64,000 nucleotides of DNA, from positions 214,644,001 to 214,708,000 of the forward strand of contig OZ360220.1 of assembly GCA_977017645.1 (NCBI GenBank), given 5' to 3'. Below the pieces are notes generated by a model, which worked only from the letters and a program-made list of their open reading frames with translations, did no database searches and was not told the DNA's origin. Both the position numbers and the translations under genes were made by a program. Shown piece by piece: positions 11,024 through 21,460 of this stretch (position 1 is the first letter of the stretch; each line of letters starts with the position of its first letter). This DNA comes from Torpedo marmorata (lineage: Eukaryota).

Positions 11024-12372
11024 GGACAACTCTCAGACATCTCCTCCTACCGACCCCTCCCACAGGACCCCACCACTGCACATCAAGCCACTGTCTCCAA
11101 CACCATCTCCGACCTCATCACCTGCGGTCACCTCCCCTCCACGGCCACCAACCTCATTCTCCCCCACCCCCGCACTGCCCATTTCTACCTTCTACCCAAG
11201 ATACACAAACCCAACCATCCAGGCAGACCCATTGTTTCTGCCTGCTCCTGCCCCACCGAACTAGTTTCATCTTACCTTGACTCCATATTTTCTCCCCTGG
11301 TCCAATTCCTCCCCACCTACATCCGCGACACCTCACATGCCCTCCATCTCCTCAATGACTTCAGATTCCCTGAACCGGACTGCATCATATTCACCATGGA
11401 TGTCCAATCCCTTTATACCTCTATCCCCATACAGAAGGTCTGAAAGCATTTCGCAACAAACATAGAATCCCCCTCATCCTCACCTACCACCCCACCAGCC
11501 TCCGCATCCAACACATTATCCGCCGGAATTTCCGTCACTTACTACAGGATCCCACCACCAGACACATTTTTCCTTCTCTTCCCCTCTCGGTCTTTCGCGG
11601 GGACCGCTCCCTCCGCGATTCACTTGTGCACTCATCCCTCCCCACCCATCGCACCCACGGCACCTTCCCCTGTGCCCGCAGGAGGTGCAACACCTGCGCC
11701 CACACCTCCCCCCTCACCACGGTCCGGGGCCCCAAACAGGCCTTTCAAGTGAAACTACACTTCACTTGTACATCCAGAGAACTTATTTACTGCATCCGGT
11801 GCTCCCTTTGTGGCTTTCTCTACATCGGAGAGACCGATCGTAGATTGGGAGATCGCTTTGCTGAGCACCTCCTCTCCATCCGCAACAACAGCGACCTCCC
11901 AGTAGCCAGCCATTTCAATTCCGAGTCACACTCCCACACTCACATGGCTGTCCATGGCCTTATGTACTATCCCACCCAGACTACCCGCAAATTGGAGGAA
12001 CAACATCTCATTTTCCATCTGGGCACTCTCCAGCCAGATGGCATTAACATTGACTTTTCTGCTTTCCACTAAACCTGCTTGTCTTTTCCTTCCCCTCCCC
12101 CCTCACCTGTCCTTCCTGTTTTTTCCACCCACCCAGCCATCCCTCCTCCCCCTCTTTGCTGCTGTCCCCTCCCTCCTTTCTCCACCTATCATCTCCTGCC
12201 TTTGACACCCCCCCCCCCTTCCCCCCCTCACTCTTTTGTTCGGACGCCTGCCGGCATTTTCTCATACTTTGATGAAGGGCTCAAGCCTGAAATGTCGGTT
12301 ATGTATTTCTACCTTTGCTACATAAAAGACACTGTTTGACCTGCTGAGTTTCTCCAGCATTTGTGTTTTTTA
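11024..12372 (+). mobile_element. Penelope-like element with internal deletion (RT N-terminal part plus GIY-YIG endonuclease plus terminus)
   Basis: LLPKIHKPNHPGRPIVSACSCPTE and FTMDVQSLYTSIP (PLE RT); deletion near 11450; CARRRCNTC...LIYCIRCSLCGFLYIGET.RRLGDRFAEH (GIY-YIG); 12-bp TSD CATCATACCTGT at 11012-11023 and 12373-12384. Confidence 0.93.
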
Positions 12373-12630
12373 CATCATACCTGTCCTGCCTCTTTGAAAG
12401 AACTCTCCAACTAGTCCCTTCTCCTGCCGTAGGGTCTTGACCCGATACGTCGACTCTCCCTCTGTCTTGATGGATGCTGCTTGACTTATTGAGTTCCTCC
12501 AGCAGTTTTGTCCCACTTCCTGCTCATACCCCTTTTGTCTGAAATATCTCCGGTTGCCATTTGAAAGTTTTTACTGGACTGTGTCTGCCGCCATTTAAAA
12601 CACCTTACTCCTAAACGATATTCTTGTATC

Positions 12631-12955
12631 GGGCGGCACGGTTGGTGTAGCAGTTAGTGCTATGCCTTTACAGCGCCAGCGATCGGGTCTGGGGTTCGAA
12701 TCCCACGCTGTCTGTAAGGAGTTTGTACGTTCTCCCCGAGTCTGCGTGGGTTTTCCCCGGGGGCTCCAGTTTCCTCCCACCATTTGAAATGTACCAGGTT
12801 AGGGGGGGGGTGTGTTGTAGGTTAATAGGGTGTAATTGGGCAGCATGGACTCGTGGACCAAAATGGCCTGTTACCGTGCTGTTTGTCTAAATTAAAAAAA
12901 AAATTAAATTTACAATTTAAATTTAAAATAATTTAATTTAAAATTTAAAAAATTA
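12631..12955 (+). mobile_element. Full-length HE1-like V-SINE
   Basis: GGGCGGCACGG head, B-box GGTTCGAATCCC, V-domain, tail AAATGGCCTGTTACCGTGCTGTTTGTCTAAA plus AAATTT-type repeats. Confidence 0.92.
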
Positions 12956-14355
12956 TATTTGTCCTCTCTGATTATTTTGACAATTATCTTTAAGCCTCAT
13001 CCTCTTACTGGTTACCAATTCTTCGGCCATTGGATCTGCTTTTTCCTTAAATCCTTGAAGCAACACCATTCACACAGTTGCACGGGCAATTACTCCATTG
13101 CCCTCCTCATTCTGATCCTAAGATGTGTCCTCATGTTGCACATTGCCACAGTGTAGGGTACACTTGTTATGAAGTGGCTAACATCACTCTTAATTACTGT
13201 TGGCCATACACCACCTACAACTTTTCAATATACCTGCACTTCTCTCTCCATTTTGAACTTTTAACGCTAATTCTGTGTTTTAGTCATTTGGGTCCTTACA
13301 TTCCTGCTGAAATCTCTTTGTTCTCTCTGTCCTTTTTTTTCTCTTAACACATTCTTTCTTTGATTTGCAGCCCCATATCTCCTTGGGTGGCTCAGTGTCA
13401 ATTTTTCTTCAACCCCTCAATTAAGCATAATTGGATATCTTGCTATGATCTAAATAGATGTTGTTGTTGCAGTAGAGCATCCATTGAGAACCTTCTTTTC
13501 TGCAACAGAGTTAGTTTGCTTTATACTTCAGATACATGACCAGTGGGAACTGGAGTAAGATTCTGCCTGCTGAGCTAGTTTCAACTGGTGCTGGGGTGTC
13601 ATGAAGTTGTTCTGCACCAACCTGTCATGAATGACATCTGTAAAAATATGAAGTTGCTGCTTACACTTCTCAATGTGTCTGCAGTTGCAATCCATGAGCA
13701 TTCACAAAAGGAAGAGATATCTAAATATTGTCGATCTGGCTGGTAAGTAATAATTGTTGTCATCAGCAGAAAAACCAGACGACGACAGGTTTTATAGTGA
13801 TGGTTTGAAAAGATTGACTAGGAATACGCAGCAACCAGAGAACTGTTGCCGTGGGTAGGTTGATATCTAAAAGGCAGCAATGTGACATTCCTTATTGATA
13901 CCATAACAGATAATGTTGTGATTGCATAGCAGGAGATTAATTTATGACAGGGAATTGCAAGTGAACACCAGCTCTCCCCAAGGTTAACGCATGTGTTCTT
14001 TCAGGAGCTGATGAGCCTTCTGTTCACTTCCAGTATTTGATCACTTTATGATGGCTTCAAAGTATTCATGGGATCATATGCCTATGTTTTGTAATAAGTC
14101 ACTGACCTTGAGTAAACATCCCCATAAAGATCCAATGATCTGTGGATGTTGTCAGCCATCAGTTCCAAAGGATTCCTGCAGCTCAGCATCAGAGATGTTC
14201 TAAGTTGGTTCAACAATCAAATTTAATTGAACAATTCTCACACAGCAAAAGGCAGGTTCTTTTAAATATTTTTCATAGCATGAAATAAGGATTGGAACTT
14301 ATCCATGATTAAGATAGTCATTTTATATAACAATGTACATTTAGAAACTGATTAT

Positions 14356-15453
14356 CAGAATCAGAATCAGAATCAATTTATTGTCGCTCACACTACACTA
14401 CGAACAGTGCCCATAAATCACAAGACAAGGCCAAGACAATGCCTCAAACAAACAAGACAAAACAAGACTAACCAAGACAGCCCCTGCACGCCACTCTGCC
14501 TATCAAGGAAGCTGCTGCGGATTTATGCGCCGCCATCCCAAACAAGCGAGCAGCAAACATGAACACCAGACAAAACATATAACCAAGCCCAAACCACTTA
14601 CCCGCCCAAGAAGCCGCTGCGATCTACGAGTCGCCATCTTAAGCACGTTTGCAGTAAGGACACAATAAACAACACAAAAATTCACAAGAGACACCAAATA
14701 CACGAATAACCCACCTCGTTACTGCACAGTGACTACAATACAGCAATCAGTAGGACTAGACAATAGCCTCGATACCGCAACAACACAGTAGTAGGCAAGA
14801 TGTTAAACATCCACTACTTACAGCACAGACCCGCCACCCAGTCCATTTAACCCCAGAGTTCCTCAGAGTTCAGTGTCCCCGCACCATTGTCCAGAAGGGG
14901 AGAACCCCCACACTGTATCCATGGCCGCCAACGTCACCGCCGTCTCCCTCCAACACTGTACTCCGAAGTGCCCGCTACGACCGGTAGTCCCGTCGTCCGC
15001 CCCGGCCGACCTCGCCATCGTACTCCTCCGTTGGTCTCCGCAACGTTCTCCAGTCCTCTCAGCCGCAGCTCTCCGTGAGTACCTGCGTGGAAGGGGGTCC
15101 CAACTCCCGTCCCTCCGAGCTCCAACCTGGTCGTTCTGCCACCGTCTTCCGAACCCGTCCTCTGCCACCCACACCTCGCACCGCATCCTCTCCTCGGCCG
15201 CCGACGCCACTCGACACCCAGGACTGGAGGCCTGCTACTGCAGTGGTGGGCCGGTCTGTCAGCGGTGCCCGGGGTCCTCACCCAGAGGTACCCCGGTGCT
15301 GTTGTTGGGTTCCAGATGATCCCCGACGCTCCATTTGTCCAATCCTCCTGCTTGTCGATTGTGCACGGCTCTCAAACTTAACAAACAACGTGCACATGCC
15401 CGGAGCAGCCGCTGCGAGATGCTCGCGCTGCCGCCAACTTGGGACAATGGGAA
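14356..15453 (-). mobile_element. CpG-rich non-coding retroposon with Rex1-type tail
   Basis: Minus strand ends GACAATAAATTGA(TTCTGA)3; sharp GC/CpG-rich island in AT-rich flanks; possible ATTAT TSD at 14351-14355 and 15454-15458; no recognisable protein motif. Confidence 0.65.
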
Positions 15454-15839
15454 ATTATGCTGCATATTTTAAATAATCCAAGGCTGCTGAGAGTTTTAGG
15501 GCTTTGTATCTGCAAACACCAATAGTTTAGCTTCTTTGCAACCACAAAATCTGTGCCATGTAATAGTAAAGCAACAAGGAGACCATTCAGTCCATCATGT
15601 CTGTGCTGGCTATTTTGAAGGACAGATCAAATAATTCCCATTCCTTATTATTTCTTGGGTACTTGTGTAATTGTTTTTCTGTCCCAAGAACATTTTTTTT
15701 CCTTTAAGTTTCTATTTAAACTGCTTCCACAACACCTTGGGAAGTGCATTTCAGCTCATGACTCTGTTCTTCTCTTTGCAACTGAATTCTTGACTTCCTC
15801 ATCGGCAGACCCCAATCAGTGCAGATTGGTAGCATTATC

Positions 15840-16860
15840 TGGTCCTTGCTGACCATAGACATGGGCATCTCACAGCTTCATGCTTAGTCCATTGCTTTAT
15901 TCCCTCTATACCCTAATTGCATAGCCAAGTTTGTCTCCCATGCAATCCATAAATTTGCTCTCAACGCTACCATTGTTGGCTGAATAGTGCACAATAATAA
16001 ATGGGAATTTAGGATGGACATTGAGAATATGGTTATGTGGTGCTGGAAGAATGGTCTTGGTCTCAACGTCAGCAAGAACAGGAAGGGGAGACCAAGGGGT
16101 CGCTCACCTATCTTCATTGGCAGGACAACAATGGAGAGCATTAGAACTTTCAAGTTGCTGGGCATCCACATATCGGAGGACCTCTCCTGGAGCCAACATA
16201 TTAAAGCAAGTATGAAGGATACACACCCACATCTCTACTTTATCAGAATTTTGAGGGGGTTTGGCATGTAGTTGAATACTCTACAAAACTTCTACAGGTG
16301 TATTGTGTCAAGTATACTGACAGGTTGCATCATGGCCTGGTTTGGGAACACAAGTGCACAGGATCACACAAGGCTTCCGAAAGTGACAAACTTAGTCAAG
16401 TCCATCACAGACTTCCCATCCATTAAAGACATCTATGTTAGACGCTGCCTCATGAAGGCAGCCGTAAAGGACCTATCTCACCCTGGTCACAGTCTCTTCT
16501 TGCTGCTACCTTCAGGCAGAAGGTACAGAAGCCTAAAGTCCAAGAACTCTCAGTCCAAGAACTGTGTTTTTTTCCAACAGCTATCAAGCTGTTGAACCTC
16601 CTTGAACTACCCTAACCATAAACTACTCCAGAACCACCAAAAGATCTGTCTGTACTATTGAAACATCACTTCTTTTGCACTAACTGCAACTGTATTTATT
16701 TTTATTTTTCTTTCCTTTTATATTTATTAACTCCTTTTTCGTCTCTGGGCACATTTGGATAATTTAACTTACACAAACTGTGTGGCTGTAACAAGTAAGA
16801 ATTTCAGTATCTCTGTACATTGTACTTATGTATATGACAATAAACGCTCATATCTCATAT
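15840..16860 (+). mobile_element. Rex1/Babar LINE 3' fragment
   Basis: FKLLGIHISEDLSWSQH, NFYRCIVSSILTGCIMAWFGN, HPGHSLFLLLPSGRRYRSL; tail ...AAGAATTTC...TATGACAATAAAC. Confidence 0.88.
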
Positions 16861-18001
16861 TATATTTTAAATATGTTCCTTCAGGCACTTTGGCAGTTAT
16901 CTTTTTATATTTCTGTTGTTAACTGTTGACTTCAAAGGTATTTGAATCAGGTGTAGGAGGGCAGCAGAGAAGCAACAGAGATTGATTAGTGTTTAGATGT
17001 TGAGAGAATTAAAGGTTATGGTGTTAGTGCAGAAAATGACACCAAGGTAAAAGGTCAGTCATGATTTCAATGCATGGCAGAGCAGGCAAAGGTGTGAATG
17101 GCTTCATCCTGCTTTGATTTCTTGTGTGTCCTCTGAGCTTTGTTGCTAGAGGTGTAGGGTTGGTTTCGGGCCATCAGTATCATCCTGGCAGTATCCAAAT
17201 GACAATCCTGTGACAGTATGGGTAACTATTCAGGCCAGTGATATTAATCAAGCCAGTTTATGCTCTGACCTTATTACAACAGAGGCCTAAATAGCTGCAA
17301 TATTCTTGTAGGGTGATCCTGCTTATTGCTACCATTTGCCATGTCCCTAGAGTAGATATTAATCTCAATCTGTGCCGCTGCCAAAACCAGCAGCTCCCAA
17401 CACACAGAACAAAATGATTTATTCACCATCTTTCTGATTTGATCATGGTTGCAACTCTCTCTCTTTCATGCTGTTGATGAAATGTTTATTTTAAGTAGTT
17501 AACATTTTATTCAGCACCTAATGTCCAGTTATAAATTGTGTAGCCCAGTGGCATGACCCTTGGACCTTGTGGGATTCTTCACTGAATTTTAGCCTGACTG
17601 TGCTTGCTGCTGCAAGTTATGAGGCAGGTCCCGGGAGTGAATAATGCCCTGTGCCCTGTGTTTATCCGTGATTTCATTTTTGAAATACAGCCTCCATGGA
17701 CCATTCTGAGAGGAAAATGACTTAAAAAATGTAGTAGTCAATGTGTCCGCAATGTGCATGTGTGACACATGTTCCTTTTGTCTTTTCATCTGCTCCAACA
17801 GCCAGACAGTTTCCTGCAGTGTTCATTCCAGCGATTTGACAAATGATTGCCAGATGTGAGCTCTTTCCAGTGATTCTTCCTCTCTACAAACCTGTGGAGA
17901 TGGGTTATTTCATAAACCCTGTCCATTTTATCTCCTTTCACATCTGCTACAGTTTATAGGCAGTGGCCTCTATCTGTCTGATTTCTGGACAGCATGATTA
18001 A

Positions 18002-18116
18002 CTCTCTCTCTTTCTATGTCTCTCTTTTTTCCTATTTCCCTCTCTCCTCTTTCTCTCCTCTGTCTCTCTCTTTCTCTCTCCCCCTCCCTTTTGCGTTTTC
18101 TCTCTTTCTCTCTCTT

Positions 18117-18170
<54 letters not shown>
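18002..18170. repeat. (CT)n-rich microsatellite
   Basis: Polypyrimidine tract with a pure (CT)n run at ~18119-18170. Confidence 0.95.
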
Positions 18171-18174
<4 letters not shown>

Positions 18175-18999
18175 TGAGCTAAGGCAGACAAAGCAAAGAA
18201 TTCTAGTTTCTGTATTTAATAAGTTAATCATTAACACATTTTAATGACTTGTTACAAATAATGCAGATATTGAATGCACAACCGCTGGTGTCACAGGTCA
18301 TAAAATACAATGCCAAATCAGTACCTATGTGGATATACACAAGTCTAAAAAGAACAACTCTTTTAACAACTTGGAGCTCCATCATCTCTTGTTCCTAAAT
18401 CTGAATCCTAATACGAAGCTTTATTCTAAGTGTTTTACGGAGAACAGTGAACACAGTGTTATAGTTTTGGCATTGCAGTTCACTGGTTTTGCATTCCTGT
18501 CCATGAAAAAATGAAGTTCAACCTCAAGTATCTTTCCTGATTAAAGGAATTAGAAGCATTGTGCAAAATAATGGTGAAGTTGGCAAATATATGCAGGAGT
18601 ATGACCCAGGCTTGATGACCAGGTGCTGTCAGGTTGGGTACAGTGGTGCTGTTGTGAAGGAAATTTCATGAAAATCTTTTTACGTTGACCAATGCTGGGA
18701 GGTGAACTTTAATATTGGATTCCTCATTACTGCGATCAGTATTCTGCTATGCACAGGATATATGTGAAATTCCTGATCTGTAATGTACAATTGCTATTTA
18801 ATAAATGTTACTTAACAGGCACATCATCTTATAGGTGCATACAGTATTTACACCTGAATGTAACACTATCTCTGAGTTGTGCATGTACACGTGTATTGGA
18901 ACATAGGCACAGACTTCAACACAAGTGCCTTTACATGCATTACACAAATGTTCACAATAGATAAACACTCATATTCACATACAAACAAAGGTCTGTATT

Positions 19000-19310
19000 G
19001 AAAGGGTCAGAGGGTGGTAGTGGAGTTTTGTTATTCTGAGGACTGTTATTCAGATTGGAAGCCTGTGACCATTGATGTGCACAGAGATAAGTGCTGAGTC
19101 CACTGTCGTTTGTCATCTACATTAACAATTAAGATGACAATGAGGTTGGCATGGTTAGTAATTTTGTGGATGACACCAAAATTGGTGATATTGTGGACAG
19201 TGAAGAAGGTTATCTGAGATTACAACAGGATCCAGATTAGCTGGGGAAGTGGGCCAAAAATGGCAGATGGAATTTAATTCAGACAAGTGCCAGATGTTGC
19301 ATTTTGATAA
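19000..19310 (+). mobile_element. CR1/HER1 RT fragment
   Basis: Decayed FVIYINN..., FVDDTKIG, LQQDPD..., W..KWQMEFNSDKC motifs. Confidence 0.8.
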
Positions 19311-20530
19311 ATATAACATGCTTATTGTCATACATATAAGTACAATGTACATATGCCCAAAATTCTTACTTGCCTGAGCCAAATTTGTACCTTTCGTAAA
19401 AAATAAAACAACTACAATAGTATACATTAAATTGCACAGAACATAGAACATTACAGCACAGTACAGGCCCTTCGGCCCACAATGTTGTGCCAACCTATAT
19501 ATACCTAAAAGAACTAAACCCTCCCTACCTCATAACCCTCTATATTTCTTTCATTCATGTGCCTGTCTAAGTGTCTTTTAAATGTCCCTATTGTTCCAAC
19601 CTCCACCACTACCCCTGGCAAGGCATTCCAGGCACCCACAACACTCTGTGTAAAAAACATACCCCTGATGTCTCCCCTAAACTTCCCTCCCTTCACTTTG
19701 TACAGATGTCCTCTGGTGTTTGCTACTTCCACCCTAGGAAAAAGGTTTTGGCTGTCTACCTTATCTATTCCTCTCATAATCTTGTAGACATCTATTAAGT
19801 CACCTCTCATCCTTCTTTACTCCAAAGAGAAAAGCCCGAGCTCTGCTAACCTTGCCTCATAAGACATATTTTCCAATCCAGGCATCATCTTGGTAAATCT
19901 CCTCTGCACCCTCTCCATAGCTTCCACATCGTTCCTGTAATGTGGTGACCAAAACTGAACACAGTACAAATATACATTATAAATATAAAGGATAGATAGA
20001 TAAATAAATATTCATAGTTACAGTTAGCATGAGAAAATAAATGGTATTTCAATAGTGCAGACAAGTCTTTTTGTGCTCCCAGTTAGCCATTGGATAAAAA
20101 TTGTTCTTGAACCGAGAGGTGCTGGAATTCAGACTTCTGCACCTTCTTCTCAAAGGTATCAACGAGAAGGGATTGTAACCTGGATGATGGGGGACCTTTA
20201 TGACGCTGGCTGCCTTCTTGAGGCAGCACCTCACATAGATGTCATCAATGGATGGAAGGTTGGAGCCTGAGATCGATCTGGCTATGTTTGCTACTCCTGC
20301 AGCCTTCTGCATTCCTTGACACGAATTACCAAATCAGGCTGTGATGCAACCATAAGTATGCTTTCCACGGTACACCTGTGCTAGAGTATTGGTGTGCCTT
20401 CTTCACAGTTGCCCCAAAGTGCTGGCTCCAGGAAAGGTCCTCCGATATGTGGACTCTGCAACGTTAAGGTACTAACCCTCTCCAGCTCCATCTCATCAAT
20501 GCAAACGTGCATGGCAATGTGGACAATTAT
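19310..20530 (-). mobile_element. Rex1-like LINE fragment, interrupted by HER1 at 19437-19965
   Basis: Minus-strand tail AAGTAAGAATTTTGG...TATGACAATAAG at ~19320-19370; peptide LPSIDDIYVRCCLKKAASVIK.PHHPG...RRCRSL at 20049-20312. Confidence 0.8.
19437..19965 (-). mobile_element. HER1/CR1 LINE 3' end
   Basis: MRGDLIDVYKIMRGIDKVD...TRGH...FFTQSVVGAWNALP; tail GGGCCGAAGGGCCTGTACTGTGCTGTAATGTTCTATGTTCT. Confidence 0.9.
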
Positions 20531-21199
20531 CTCTGAAATGGAGGGACTGTGGCTGTAACCCAGCCAAGTCCAGCATGATGGGACCTGACTGTATGTGTTG
20601 GGATCACGTATCAAAAATTCCCCATCTTTGGCTAGGATCAAATTTGGATTGGCTGTGGTTGGGTTAGGTTTTAATTTTACAGACTCTTTGATTTGTTGTA
20701 CTTCTGCCTACCTAAAAAAGTAGGTTGGGTAAAAGAGCAAAAATCCAACTAACTTTGGAGAAATCTAAGTGAGGGAAACAGCTTTTTTAATGAATGTATT
20801 TTTCTTTTAATGAGAGCCTCTCTTTCACATTTGCTTGTGTTGCTGCTTCCTGTTCCTCTGGCAACAGGCACTCCGGAGACACTGCGGTGCTAAGCAGAAG
20901 GGGTGCCACCCGATCTCTGCATCAAGGGAATGTCCTTGAGAGAACGACTTGTCACCAGCATTCAACCGAGAGAATACCATGGAGATCTCTGAACATCTGG
21001 CAGCTCAGCACAGGAAGCTTGCCGGCTTTGAGGGGGGAGTAGTGTCATTAATTGTGATGAAATAATTTAAACCATCAGGAATAAATGAGGTGGTTAAACT
21101 GAGTTGAGGTTCCATTTTGTGTGCACATTTCAGGCCGCCGAGGCTGAGTTTAAATCATAGTGTAGCCCAGCACTAGTTATGTAGCTCCTTCTGTCCTGT

Positions 21200-21301
21200 T
21201 CTTCTTGTCCATCCTTCTGTCCATGTCCCTCTCTGTCCATGTCCTTCTCTCTTACTGTCCTTGTCACTCTCCCTTGCTGTCCCTCTCTCTGTCCCTAACA
21301 C

Positions 21302-21341
<40 letters not shown>

Positions 21342-21418
21342 CTTGTCTTTCTCTCTCTTGCTCTCTCTCTCTCTCTCTCTCTCACTGTCCTTGTCTTTCT
21401 CTCTTTCTTGTTCTCTCA

Positions 21419-21449
<31 letters not shown>

Positions 21450-21460
21450 CACCTCTCCCC
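21200..21460. repeat. Compound (CT)n repeat with recurring CACTGTCCTTGTCTTT spacer
   Basis: Direct inspection. Confidence 0.9.

Noticed and set aside
12631-12710. tRNA genes at SINE heads
   Set aside because: A and B boxes run directly into the V-domain and LINE-like tail; no complete cloverleaf.
14863-15476. Overlapping ORFs as a gene or DIRS/Ngaro ORFs
   Set aside because: Expected in GC-rich DNA; no RT, RNase H or tyrosine recombinase motifs; the tail indicates a non-LTR-type element.
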